In this document: positions 18,528 to 28,713 of the stretch, piece by piece
Numbering within the stretch: position 1 is the stretch's first letter
How the letters are laid out: each line of letters opens with the position of its first letter
Assembly (NCBI GenBank): GCA_052279835.1
Contig: CP181291.1
Location: 1,056,001 to 1,120,000, forward strand
DNA from: Microcoleus sp.
Lineage (GTDB): Bacteria; Cyanobacteriota; Cyanobacteriia; Cyanobacteriales; Microcoleaceae
Direction: 5' to 3'
DNA length: 64,000 bases
Made by a program: the position numbers and the translations under genes
Notes under the pieces: model-generated
What the model was told of the DNA's origin: nothing
Seen by the model: only the letters and a program-made list of their open reading frames with translations
Databases searched by the model: none

Positions 18528-18847
18528 GATGATTTCTCTACTATGTAGAGTTTAGGCGAATTGTTGATAGTGTTATTAAATTGCTTTCCAGTCATCAAAC
18601 TCTTTGTTGTTAATTACCTCATCTACTCGATGGGTGAAAATATCAAATAGCTATTTGATACATTAATTATTTCACAATCTGTTTTTTTTACCATCTATCT
18701 TAGGTTTAAGATTAGAATATCTTGAGAGGTAGAGCGTCCCTAATTTTTCACAACATAAAGGCGTTATAGCGTTCCCGCGATGAGCAATCGGAAATCTTCT
18801 TTAATCCCGAAACTAAAAGCGAATTATGAACATTTATGCCACCCTAT

Positions 18848-19720
18848 TCACTCAGTAGCTATTTGGGGTTTTTCTCTACCAAATTGCCACAGCAAGATCG
18901 CACCCAAGCCGAATAGATTGACTAGGCAAACTACTAAGCCTCCGAAAAATGGAATTAGTGTTAGAACTGTCAAGATTGCCAAACCTATCAAGAACTGCTG
19001 CTGTAACGATCGATCGCCCTTACCGACTACACGTTGACCGACAAAAAGTGCCACACCTAACGATCCAACTAGAGCCGTCATCACCCCAGTCAGACTCAGG
19101 AGTGGAATCAGAGGAATACCAATGAGCGTCAGTGCTAAAAATACACCGGCAAAGACAAAGGAGACGATCGCCCCAATCCCCCATAGAGCAGTCAAACCGG
19201 GGTGTTCACGCAGTTTTGTCGCCAAAGAAGGTAGGAACTGAGGACTGGTATGCAAAATAATCAGTCCCAGAATAGCTGCTACTACTGCGGAACAAGCTCT
19301 AAAAATGGCACTGAAGAAATAGTGCACGAAAAAGCTACTTCTGCCTCGATCGGACCCATACATCATGCCATGTCGATCACTGAATGTAGCGCGTTCACCA
19401 CCAACTATCGCACCTGGTTCCTGTATAATTTTGCCACCAAAGGAGTAAGCATCACCCTCTACCCGCGCTCCTTGTTTCAGAAGGACATCCCCGCCAAAGG
19501 CGATCGCAGTATCCAAAACTTTGGCCTTAGAGGATACTGTAACATTCCCGCCAAAAGCAAGGGCATTTTCGACTACTTGGTTCTCTGGTACGGTGACGCT
19601 GCCACCAAAGCGAATCAGGTTAGTATTGTTGATATTGATATCAGTCTGCGCCAGGGCATTGCCTGCAAATATGAAGCAAATAGTGGCAATAAAAGCCAGA
19701 ATTAATTGTTGCCATTTCAT
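18848..19720 (-). CDS. Membrane protein with signal peptide and FGGxV beta-repeat (bactofilin-like) N-domain
   Basis: Signal peptide ending ALA-Q, four FGG repeats, several C-terminal TM helices. Confidence 0.8.
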   Translation of the reverse strand: MKWQQLILAFIATICFIFAGNALAQTDININNTNLIRFGGSVTVPENQVVENALAFGGNVTVSSKAKVLDTAIAFGGDVLLKQGARVEGDAYSFGGKIIQEPGAIVGGERATFSDRHGMMYGSDRGRSSFFVHYFFSAIFRACSAVVAAILGLIILHTSPQFLPSLATKLREHPGLTALWGIGAIVSFVFAGVFLALTLIGIPLIPLLSLTGVMTALVGSLGVALFVGQRVVGKGDRSLQQQFLIGLAILTVLTLIPFFGGLVVCLVNLFGLGAILLWQFGREKPQIATE

Positions 19721-19778
19721 AGACTTCATCCTTAAAAATGAGCACAACATGGAGTATCTCTCATAATATTGAACAAAG

Positions 19779-19795
19779 ATGAAGAACCTGTGAAG
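19779..19795 (-). promoter_or_regulatory. OmpR-type direct repeat CTTCAC-N5-CTTCAT (CopR-box-like) upstream of a TATTAT -10
   Basis: 11-bp period repeat; identical copy at 21238-21254. Confidence 0.5.
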
Positions 19796-19972
19796 AATCT
19801 ATGAATTAGTTGGCTACTAATAAGCATCCCATTCCGAACTGAATATTCCCATAATCGAACCCAACAAGGCATCGCAGTCACCTTGTCCTTGAAACGTCAT
19901 CTTGATATAAATTTGTTTACTCATAATTGCCTCCAGTATTTTGATTTTGATATTTCTGGCGATCGCTCTCCC

Positions 19973-20821
19973 TCACGATGCAAACTCATAATTAATCTCT
20001 GTAATTCTTCCTTTAAAATAGAGCCTAGTGCCTTCTGGATGCTCCCATCCCACCTCGCCTTCTAAGGGAATCAGCATCCCATTCTGAACTGAATATTCCC
20101 AGAATCGACCGCACCAAGGCATCGCAGTCACCTTGTCGCGATAACGAGCCTGGGCCCGAATAGTAGCGATCGCCCCTTCAGCATTAAAAGTAAACACCAG
20201 GGACACAGTTGTTGTACCATCCGTCAGGGTGCCGCGTGCTGAGGTATCATCGATCGCCTCCCAGAGTACACCCTGACTGGGTAATAATGCAGTGGGATAC
20301 CAAGTAGCCTCAGCAAAGAATCGCAATAATTCACCTTGATTGTTTTCAGGCGCACCGTGCATTTTTGCAACGGTGAAAAGACCGAGTAATGATGCGTGTA
20401 AGCTGCCTTCTCCTAACAGATATGTATCATGGACAAAGGCATTAACTCCTGGAGCCATCTGGATGCGTGAATCCCAATCAAAACCCGGACGTTGAGCGAT
20501 CGCAATTTGAGTGGCGGTAAACGGCATCCACTTATCTTCCGTTTCACTCAAATTGAACTGTCCCTGCTGAGAGAGTTTAACCGCAGCCACGATGGGTTGT
20601 CCGTCCTTAATTACTGTCCGAAAAAATCGCTGTACGGGGGCTGGTAAGCCTTCAATTTCTTTTTGGTCGTAGATTGGGGGCTTAATTGTCCGCCGTCCAT
20701 CTGTTAATTTGGCTCGTAGGCGATCGGTATCTGACTGCCAGCGATAGCTCCCATAAATGGCAACAATTCCCAAGCTGACTACGATGAAAACACCAATAAT
20801 TGCAATCCAATTAATCCACAT
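19973..20821 (-). CDS. DUF6544-like membrane-anchored protein
   Basis: N-terminal TM; LPAPVQRFFR, F.ATQ, GELLRFFAEATWYPTALLP motifs. Confidence 0.8.
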   Translation of the reverse strand: MWINWIAIIGVFIVVSLGIVAIYGSYRWQSDTDRLRAKLTDGRRTIKPPIYDQKEIEGLPAPVQRFFRTVIKDGQPIVAAVKLSQQGQFNLSETEDKWMPFTATQIAIAQRPGFDWDSRIQMAPGVNAFVHDTYLLGEGSLHASLLGLFTVAKMHGAPENNQGELLRFFAEATWYPTALLPSQGVLWEAIDDTSARGTLTDGTTTVSLVFTFNAEGAIATIRAQARYRDKVTAMPWCGRFWEYSVQNGMLIPLEGEVGWEHPEGTRLYFKGRITEINYEFAS

Positions 20822-20839
20822 GATACTTACCTATGTTTG

Positions 20840-21178
20840 TTAATTTAGAATTTGATACATTGTGACGATCGTAATGATTATTACAATAGTTGTATAGATT
20901 AAAAACGTATACTTAGATAGCCAATTAGGAAGATAAATCGCAAAATTGTCCATTGTTGAATTTGAATACTTGCGTGCAATCAGAGTTAAGGGACACACGA
21001 ATCTAAAGGTTAGTAAAATTACACCTTCGAGAGATACAAATCCATAACCAATCCAGAGCCAGAGATCGAGTTTATTGGCGATCGCGGCATAAAGCATATA
21101 GAAAATCACCAAATTGAAGAATACCCAGATGGCAGTGTGAATGATTTTAATCAGAGTCAATTTGGTTTCACTTTTCAT
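20840..21178 (-). CDS. Small membrane protein
   Basis: IKIIHTAIW...EG...CPLT motif; three hydrophobic segments. Confidence 0.75.
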   Translation of the reverse strand: MKSETKLTLIKIIHTAIWVFFNLVIFYMLYAAIANKLDLWLWIGYGFVSLEGVILLTFRFVCPLTLIARKYSNSTMDNFAIYLPNWLSKYTFLIYTTIVIIITIVTMYQILN

Positions 21179-21237
21179 AAGACTTCATCCTCAAAAATGA
21201 AAAGCCCATGGAGTATCTCTCATAATATTCAACAAAG

Positions 21238-21254
21238 ATGAAGAACCTGTGAAG
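21238..21254 (-). promoter_or_regulatory. Second CopR-box-like direct repeat
   Basis: Same sequence and spacing to TATTAT as 19779-19795. Confidence 0.5.
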
Positions 21255-21384
21255 AAGGTATCGATTAGGTAGCTACTACAGAACTTACGCAAAAAACCCG
21301 GTTTCTTGGAAAAATCGTCGCTCTATCCGAGAGATATTGATGCAGAAACCGGGTTTTTGACCCCCTCGTGAGTCCAGGACTATA

Positions 21385-23901
21385 CTAAAATTTCACGCGA
21401 CTGTAAAACACTCGTTTCACATTCTCCGCCGCCGTAACGTAGAACAAGACGATCGCCCCCAGCACCAACACAAAACTCAACGGCAACGGTTGAAATCCGA
21501 ACAGGGTTCCTAAAGGTGTCCAGGGCATAAAGATCGTCACTCCTACGGTAGCCAGCGTTGCCATCAACAAGTATTTTCCGGGTTTACTGTCGAAAATAGA
21601 TTTGCGGGTACGAACGACTAGCACCACCATCGAAGCAGAGATTACAGACTCCAAAAACCAGCCTGTTCTAAACTGTTGTGGTTGAGCGTGCAGCAGCAGC
21701 AGCAACGCCCCAAATGTCAGGTAATCAAAGATTGAACTCAACAAACCAAATACGATCATGAAGTTGCGGATAAACTTGATATCCATCCGGCGAGGTTTGC
21801 TGACTAACTCCTTGTCTACGCGATCGGTAGCGATCGTCAATTCTGGAAAATCAGTTAAGAGGTTGGTCAGCAAAATCTGACTAGGTAGCAGTGGCAAAAA
21901 GGGGAGAAACAGAGAAATTCCCGCCATGCTAAACATATTCCCAAAATTGGCGCTCGTTGCCATAAAAACATATTTTAAAGTGTTAGCAAATGTCACCCGT
22001 CCTTCCTTGACACCTTCGATCAGGACATTCAAATCCTTTTCCATCAACACAATATCAGCCGCTTCTTTGGCAACATCAACTGCACTCTCTACTGAAATGC
22101 CGACATCAGCAGCATGAAGCGCCGAGGCATCGTTAATGCCATCTCCCAGATATCCAACTACATTCCCCGCTTTTTTGAGAGCGATAATAATCCGCTCTTT
22201 TTGGTTCGGCTCTACCTCAGCAAAAACATTTGTATTTTGTACTCGGTGCATCAAGGCTTCATCACTGAGCTTTTCTAGTTCCGAGCCAGTCATTGCCTTT
22301 GGTTCAGGCAGTCCTATCTGCTGAATAATACTCATTGCCACTGCCTTGCTATCTCCGGTAATCATCTTCGGAGTGATTCCCAGCAGTTCCAACTCTTTTA
22401 TGGTGTCAGCGATGCCAGCTTTTGGCGGATCGAAGAGCGCAAGGTAGCCCAGAAATGTCATGTTTTTTTCATCATCTTTGGTGAAGGAATCTCGCTCGAA
22501 ATCGCGATAGGCCACACCCAAGGCTCTAAATCCTTTACTGCCCAAATCTTCGGCTTGTTGGTGCAGTCTTTGTCCTCCGTCTGCAATGTCGATGGTTTTC
22601 CCTTCGGCAGTTTCAACGGTTGAGCAAACATCCAGAATATTTTTCAGTGCGCCTTTAGTAATAATTAGATTCCTACTATCTTTTTTGAACAGGATGCTGA
22701 GACGTTTGCGGTTAAAATCATAGGCTACTTCATCTAATTTTTGATAACCCGAAATGTCGAAGGTTTTGTATTCGCGAATCGCTTTGTCGATCGGATTTAC
22801 ATAACCAGACTCAGAGATAGCATTCAAATAAGCGTAAAGTAAAACGCGATCGCTCTCTTTCCCCTCGACATCAACCGCAGAGTGAATTTTCACCTCTCCT
22901 TCCGTGAGCGTACCCGTCTTATCGGTGCAAAACACATTCATACTGCCAAAGTTTTCGATCGCGGGTAAATGCTTCACGATCACCCGCTTTTTCGCCATTG
23001 TCGCAGCACCGCGAGCCAAGTTAACACTAACGATCGCAGGTAGCAGTTGAGGGGTCAAACCCACAGCCAGCGCTAGGGAAAACATAAAAGATTCCAGCAC
23101 AGGGCGATGCAGGTAGACATTGGCGGCAAAAATTAGAGCTACCAAAACTAGAGTTACTTCCATCAAAAAATAGCCAAACTTGCTCAACCCATGTTCAAAT
23201 TCCGTTTCAGGAGGTCTCAGTTTCAAGCGTTGCGATACTTTGCCAAATTCAGTTTCTTTTCCAGTATGAACAACTACTGCTTTCGCAGTTCCACTAATAA
23301 CATTAGTTCCCATATAGAGGGAGTTGGTGCGTTGATTGAGTCCAGTTGCCGCTGGCAATACACCATTTTGTTTGTCAACTGGATAGGTTTCTCCTGTTAG
23401 TGCTGCTTCATTCACTGATAAATCTTTTGACTCTAAAACTAGACAGTCGCCGGGAATATTTTTACCTGCCCCAAGCACTACAATATCACCGGGTACTACT
23501 TCCTCATTAGGGATTTCTTGAGATTGACCATCCCTCAACACAGTTGCTTTAACTTGCACTAAAGCTAATAATTTTTCGACCGCATTCGATGCTCCTCGCT
23601 CTTGCCAAAATCCTAATAGCCCACTAATCAGGACGATCGCTATGATAATAATCGCATCTGCCGCATCTTTGAGAAAAATCGAGAGCACCGCCGCCAAAAT
23701 CAGAATCAAGATAATCGGACTTTTGAACTGATTGAGCAACATCATGAATGCGCTCGATTTGTGTATTTGTTTGAGGCTGTTTGCGCCGTACTGGCTCAGG
23801 CGTTGTTTCGCATCAGCATGGCTTAATCCTGCTGCTGTAGAGTGCGTCTGTTGAAGCACTGTATCCGTGGATAAGCTCCAAAATGTAGACTGTTGATTCA
23901 T
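21385..23901 (-). CDS. mgtA: Magnesium-translocating P-type ATPase
   Basis: TGET, AVGLTPQLLP, DKTGTLT, DPPK, GDGINDA and SANFGNMFS (P3B type). Confidence 0.9.
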   Translation of the reverse strand: MNQQSTFWSLSTDTVLQQTHSTAAGLSHADAKQRLSQYGANSLKQIHKSSAFMMLLNQFKSPIILILILAAVLSIFLKDAADAIIIIAIVLISGLLGFWQERGASNAVEKLLALVQVKATVLRDGQSQEIPNEEVVPGDIVVLGAGKNIPGDCLVLESKDLSVNEAALTGETYPVDKQNGVLPAATGLNQRTNSLYMGTNVISGTAKAVVVHTGKETEFGKVSQRLKLRPPETEFEHGLSKFGYFLMEVTLVLVALIFAANVYLHRPVLESFMFSLALAVGLTPQLLPAIVSVNLARGAATMAKKRVIVKHLPAIENFGSMNVFCTDKTGTLTEGEVKIHSAVDVEGKESDRVLLYAYLNAISESGYVNPIDKAIREYKTFDISGYQKLDEVAYDFNRKRLSILFKKDSRNLIITKGALKNILDVCSTVETAEGKTIDIADGGQRLHQQAEDLGSKGFRALGVAYRDFERDSFTKDDEKNMTFLGYLALFDPPKAGIADTIKELELLGITPKMITGDSKAVAMSIIQQIGLPEPKAMTGSELEKLSDEALMHRVQNTNVFAEVEPNQKERIIIALKKAGNVVGYLGDGINDASALHAADVGISVESAVDVAKEAADIVLMEKDLNVLIEGVKEGRVTFANTLKYVFMATSANFGNMFSMAGISLFLPFLPLLPSQILLTNLLTDFPELTIATDRVDKELVSKPRRMDIKFIRNFMIVFGLLSSIFDYLTFGALLLLLHAQPQQFRTGWFLESVISASMVVLVVRTRKSIFDSKPGKYLLMATLATVGVTIFMPWTPLGTLFGFQPLPLSFVLVLGAIVLFYVTAAENVKRVFYSRVKF

Positions 23902-24148
23902 TTTTTGATACCTGAGTTTTCATTAAATAAATATGCTATTATCTAGATATAATTTGTGGATAGTAACATTAACTAATTAGGGTAATCCCACGCCCGCTTG
24001 CCCCCGTTCGGGGGGATTTCATGGGGGGATTACCCTATAAGTCTGTAGGAATCCTTGAGACAGGCTATAGATTTAAAAGAAGTAAAAAGTGCTATCAGTC
24101 GGAGAAAAAAATTAGATTTGTCTGTGGAGTTTATGTCCGCTTACCTAG

Positions 24149-24421
24149 TTATTGCATTTTCGATGCCATTAGACCAACAAGCACAATTAGACCTAAGGCT
24201 CTCCGAAAGTAATTAACGCCTTGAAATAATTCTTCCCAAGCCCAAGTAAACAAGGAACCAAAAGCTAGTAGTTCTAACCCTAAATTAACTTTTCCAGTGG
24301 TAAAAACCAGCTTTAATAAACTAGCTAGAATCCAGACAATTAGTGGTAAATTTGGTGGTTGAGCGATCGTAATTTTGCCTTCGCTGTCCCGGAATGTTCG
24401 ATCGAATAACGTATTTTCCAT
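24149..24421 (-). CDS. Small membrane hypothetical protein
   Basis: GGGAG RBS; AQPPNLPL...WAWEELFQGVNYFRRALG. Confidence 0.75.
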   Translation of the reverse strand: MENTLFDRTFRDSEGKITIAQPPNLPLIVWILASLLKLVFTTGKVNLGLELLAFGSLFTWAWEELFQGVNYFRRALGLIVLVGLMASKMQ

Positions 24422-24698
24422 GAAATCTCCCTCTTTTTTAACGTTTATACAAGCACAAATAGGCTCAGTATCAGTGCTCTACCGTTCGCTTAGCGCTTGC
24501 CCTGTCAAGGTGTTTTTGATTTAGGCACTTTTTCCTAAATTTTTAACGCTATCGCTATTATGGTTTCATAATTGGGATTTATTGCCATCCATCTTTAGAC
24601 CCAAATTTTCGGTAAGGTAGATATCTGCTCGATCCTAAATCTGGGTTAGCAGCCCCCTCGATTCTGGGGATAAAGAAACTCCAAGGGCGATCGCAACG

Positions 24699-24818
24699 GG
24701 AGCATCCCAATTTTGCAGGGGCGAAGCATTCCGGCAGATAATTTATGAGTTAAAAGCAGAGATTTACTACCGCAATGCTTCGCCCCTACGGGTATATTTG
24801 CAAAAATGGGATGCTCCC
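24699..24818. repeat. REP/REPIN-like element (GGGGCGAAGCA...TGCTTCGCCCCTAC) with outer GGGAGCATCCCA arms
   Basis: Nested inverted repeats; related copies at 45135-45245 and 62476-62781. Confidence 0.8.
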
Positions 24819-25064
24819 ATCCCAACAGCATCACCGCGCCATTTTTCCCTCAGCAGGATTGTCGGATTCCCGCAAATCAGCAACTACTCAAGACTTCCGG
24901 CCGCTCAAATATGCCACGAAGTCATAATTTGAATCAGCCGGATTTGAGATCGGTTTAATAATCCAGGATGCAAAAAACCCGGTTTCTTCCAAAAATCGTC
25001 GTTTTTTTCGACAAATATTCATGCAGAAACCGGGTTTTTGATTCCCCATGCGTCCCAGGACTGT

Positions 25065-26000
25065 TTAAATCGCTTTCAAAATTTGATCGTCTACTGAAAA
25101 ATCAATCTCCACTTTGTCTCTTCCCGAAACTAAATAATCATTCTGAAAAGAATCTTTTAACCCAGAAACTAGGTCAAATTCTGGCTGCCAGTTAAGCTCG
25201 GTAACAGCTTTGTTCACTGAGGCAAAAAAGTGCTGTAATCGCATGGGGAAAGCTTTCTTTTTGCCGAAGTCAAATTGTTTTGGATCGTAGTGTACAATCT
25301 TAATAGCATCTGCTGATTTGCCGGCGGCTAAAATGCAGGCGCGGGCTAAGCCATCAAAGGTGACAAATCGATCGCCCGAAACGTTGTAAATTTGCCCGAT
25401 CGCCCTTTGATTCCCCAAAACCGCCGCCATCGCCCTAGCCAAATCCTGACAGTGCCCTAACTGCGTGAAGTGCATTCCATTACCAGGAATCGGAATCGGG
25501 CGATCGCGCGCAATGCGATCGAAAAACCAAGCCTCCAAATCGTTATAATTTTGGGGACCATAAATGTAAGTCGGGCGAATCGAAGTCCAAGGTAAACCGG
25601 ACTCTGCCAAGTAACTTTCGGTTTCAAATTTGCCCAAATGTCGGCTTTTGGGATCGGTAGCGTCCCCTTCAATATGAGGCATTTGATCGGATTTCAAATA
25701 AACCCCCGCAGAGCTCATATAAACAAAGTGCTGCACCCTCCCTTTAAATATTTCAGCTAAATGCTTTGTATCGCTCAGTTCCCGACCATTATTATCAAAA
25801 ACGGCATCAAACTCAAGAGTCGATAATTGTTCTTTTAGTCCATCGACATTAGTGCGATCGCCCTGAATTTGCTGCACTCCTGAAACTGGTACTGGCTTAT
25901 TGCCACGATTAAACAGTACCACCTCATGCCCTTGTGCTGCTAAAATCTTAGTCAGATAAACCCCGATAAATCGAGTACCGCCCATCATTAAAATTCGCAT
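25065..26000 (-). CDS. NAD-dependent epimerase/dehydratase family protein (CSP41b-like)
   Basis: GGTRFIG Rossmann motif, SSAGVY, RPTYIYGP. Confidence 0.9.
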   Translation of the reverse strand: MRILMMGGTRFIGVYLTKILAAQGHEVVLFNRGNKPVPVSGVQQIQGDRTNVDGLKEQLSTLEFDAVFDNNGRELSDTKHLAEIFKGRVQHFVYMSSAGVYLKSDQMPHIEGDATDPKSRHLGKFETESYLAESGLPWTSIRPTYIYGPQNYNDLEAWFFDRIARDRPIPIPGNGMHFTQLGHCQDLARAMAAVLGNQRAIGQIYNVSGDRFVTFDGLARACILAAGKSADAIKIVHYDPKQFDFGKKKAFPMRLQHFFASVNKAVTELNWQPEFDLVSGLKDSFQNDYLVSGRDKVEIDFSVDDQILKAI

Positions 26001-26075
26001 TATTTTCCAGACTCCTTACAGTTAGTGTCAACATCTTACAATAAAATTACTGCTTAGCTTTACTCAAACATCCCT

Positions 26076-28103
26076 ATGCAAGTTCCACGGCTACATCCCG
26101 AAACCATCGAAGAAGTCAAACAAAGAGCAGACATAGTAGATGTCATTTCCGGCCGCGTCGTCTTGCGAAAACGAGGCAAAGAATTCGTAGGCTTGTGTCC
26201 ATTTCACGACGAAAAATCTCCAAGTTTTACCGTCAACCAAGCCAAGCAAATGTACTATTGTTTCGGCTGTGGCGCTGGCGGAAATGCCTTTAAGTTTCTC
26301 ATGGAATTAGAGAAACGCTCTTTTAGCGAAGTAGTATTAGACTTGGCTAAAACCTATCAAGTACAAGTCAAAACAGTCGAACCAGAACATCGACAAGAAT
26401 TACAGCGCCAAATTTCTCTGCGAGAACAACTCTATGAAATTTCCGCCCTCACCGCCAAGTTTTACGAACACGCTTTAAGACAACCCCAAGGACAAGAAAC
26501 CCTAGCCTATCTCAAATCAAATCGCCAGCTTAGCGAAGAAACTATCCAACAATTTCAGTTAGGTTATGCACCCCAAGGTTGGGAAACACTCTACAGCTAT
26601 TTAGTAGAACAAAAGCACTATCCAGCCCAGTTAGTAGAACAAGCAGGATTAATTGTACCACGCAAATCAGGAGGCAGTGGCTATTACGACCGCTTCCGCC
26701 ATCGCGTGATGATTCCCATTCGCGACACCCAAGGTAGAGTCATAGGTTTTGGTGGCAGAAGTCTCGGCGACGAACAACCAAAATATCTCAATTCTCCCGA
26801 AACAGAACTATTCGACAAAGGCAAAACTTTATTTGCCCTAGATACAGCTAAAATCGCCATTAGCAAAGCAGATCGAGCAGTTGTCGTAGAGGGGTACTTT
26901 GATGCGATCGCCCTTCATGCAGCGGGCATTGGCAACGCCGTCGCCTCCCTCGGTACAGCCCTCAGCCTAGATCAAGTGCGGCAGTTATTACGCTACACAG
27001 ACTCCAAACAAATTATCCTCAATTTCGATGCCGACAAAGCCGGAACTCAAGCAGCAGAAAGGGCGATTGGAGAAATAGAAAAACTCGCCTATCAAGGAGA
27101 AGTACAACTACGGGTTCTCAACATTCCCGACGGCAAAGATGCCGATGAATTCCTCAAAACATACTCTGCTGAACAATATCGCCAATTGCTAAAAACAGCT
27201 CCTTTATGGCTGGACTGGCAACTAGAACAAATGTTGGTCAACCAAGATTTAAAACAAGCTGATGTTTATCAACAAATTACTAAAAAGATTGTGCATTTAT
27301 TAACAAAAATCACTGACGACAATCAACTGGCACATTACCTCCAAAAATCCGCCGAAATTCTCAGCAAAGGAGAGTTTAAATTGACCAAAATGCTAGCAGA
27401 AAGCTTGCTCAACCAAGTAGTTAGCGATTGGGGTAAAAGGCTGATTCAAGATGAATCCTTGACAATGCCACTGTTAATCAGAAAAAAACTCAAGCCAAAT
27501 AAACAATACAAAAATCCGACTACAAGCAGCCTCAAAAATCGCTCCCAAGAAACTTTTTCCGCCGTAGCCAGAAGTCTTTTAGAAGAAGCAGAAGCGCAAT
27601 TGTTACAGATTTACTTGCATTGTCCCGAATATCGCCAAGATGTCAGAGAATCCATAGAAGCTAGAGAAGTGCAGTTTAGCCTTTCTCACCATAGATTTTT
27701 GTGGCATCAGATTTTGAATGCCGAAATATTGCATAAAAGCTATTTACAAATAGCGCCTTCTGAGTTAATATTAAAATTACAAGATAGTTTGATAGAATAT
27801 CCCCATCAACTCAATCAAATTTCTCATTTATTTCACCTAAATGAGTTGTCGGAAAAAAATGTTTATCGCGCACCTTTAGTAATTCGGTCGGCTCTGGCGT
27901 GCATCGAGCAAATTATCAGCATGAAGCGCCGTCGCATTGCACTGAATAGGTGGGAAAATACGAATGTGGCGAGTAATTGTGAAGAAGCTGTAGAATATCA
28001 CCAACAAGTCCTCGCTGAACAAGAATGGATAGAGGAATTGGAGCGGTTGCGTCAAGTCAATTTTTACGATTTAATATCAGTACCCTGGAGTGGCAATTTT
28101 TAG
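26076..28103 (+). CDS. dnaG: DNA primase
   Basis: CPFH...CFGC zinc finger, YDRFR, KYLNSPET, TOPRIM EGYFD and FDADKAG. Confidence 0.97.
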   Translation: MQVPRLHPETIEEVKQRADIVDVISGRVVLRKRGKEFVGLCPFHDEKSPSFTVNQAKQMYYCFGCGAGGNAFKFLMELEKRSFSEVVLDLAKTYQVQVKTVEPEHRQELQRQISLREQLYEISALTAKFYEHALRQPQGQETLAYLKSNRQLSEETIQQFQLGYAPQGWETLYSYLVEQKHYPAQLVEQAGLIVPRKSGGSGYYDRFRHRVMIPIRDTQGRVIGFGGRSLGDEQPKYLNSPETELFDKGKTLFALDTAKIAISKADRAVVVEGYFDAIALHAAGIGNAVASLGTALSLDQVRQLLRYTDSKQIILNFDADKAGTQAAERAIGEIEKLAYQGEVQLRVLNIPDGKDADEFLKTYSAEQYRQLLKTAPLWLDWQLEQMLVNQDLKQADVYQQITKKIVHLLTKITDDNQLAHYLQKSAEILSKGEFKLTKMLAESLLNQVVSDWGKRLIQDESLTMPLLIRKKLKPNKQYKNPTTSSLKNRSQETFSAVARSLLEEAEAQLLQIYLHCPEYRQDVRESIEAREVQFSLSHHRFLWHQILNAEILHKSYLQIAPSELILKLQDSLIEYPHQLNQISHLFHLNELSEKNVYRAPLVIRSALACIEQIISMKRRRIALNRWENTNVASNCEEAVEYHQQVLAEQEWIEELERLRQVNFYDLISVPWSGNF

Positions 28104-28153
28104 ATTACTTTTGGGTACTGATACTAAATGTTGTTTTAATGTCCCTTGATTCT

Positions 28154-28603
28154 TCAGTCCGCGCAGGCGGACTTCGTTTGTGTAGAAGCGGTTTCAACCG
28201 CCGGGGATATAATCAACTCGTCATTTATGTCCATAGTGGCAAATTTCAGCACTTGATTAAAAGCTAAACCCCGTATTTTTAGCTCCCAACGAATACCTTT
28301 TGCTTTCATCCGTTTGGCTTTTCGCATATCTACATCCGTAACTTGTTGATGCAACAGTAAATATTTCATTGCTGCTATAGCTTCAACTTTTCTGGGATAG
28401 GCAATATAAGTGATAAATCCACCCTCCCAGTGATTGGCATTACGGATGCTGCTGATAGTAGCAACTCTCGGACTAAAACGGTTCCAGTAAAAGTCGCTAT
28501 ATCCGACTGATTGTGTTTTAACTTGGAGTTTGTTTGGCATTTGACTTAACTCCTCTAACCTTTTCTGTGGGGTTAGCAATACCACTTGGGTGCTGCTATT
28601 CAT
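28154..28603 (-). CDS. Hypothetical basic protein; C-terminus supplied by a dispersed repeat
   Basis: 149-aa ORF containing RKAKR...WELKIRGL; tail AVETASTQTKSACAD is encoded by the repeat also seen at 12390-12440. Confidence 0.65.
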   Translation of the reverse strand: MNSSTQVVLLTPQKRLEELSQMPNKLQVKTQSVGYSDFYWNRFSPRVATISSIRNANHWEGGFITYIAYPRKVEAIAAMKYLLLHQQVTDVDMRKAKRMKAKGIRWELKIRGLAFNQVLKFATMDINDELIISPAVETASTQTKSACAD

Positions 28604-28713
28604 AATTATAGCAAATTATTTAGGGAGTTTCCAATTCTCTTAAATAAATTTTGCATTCAGCCAAAACTCGATCGGTGTTCCGGGCTGTCCATTTCGGTTT
28701 CTTTCGGTCTAGT

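Noticed and set aside
24470..24510. MerR-type promoter (TTGACA plus dyad) upstream of the mgtA cluster
   Set aside because: No convincing -10 at 19-20-bp spacing and only a weak dyad.
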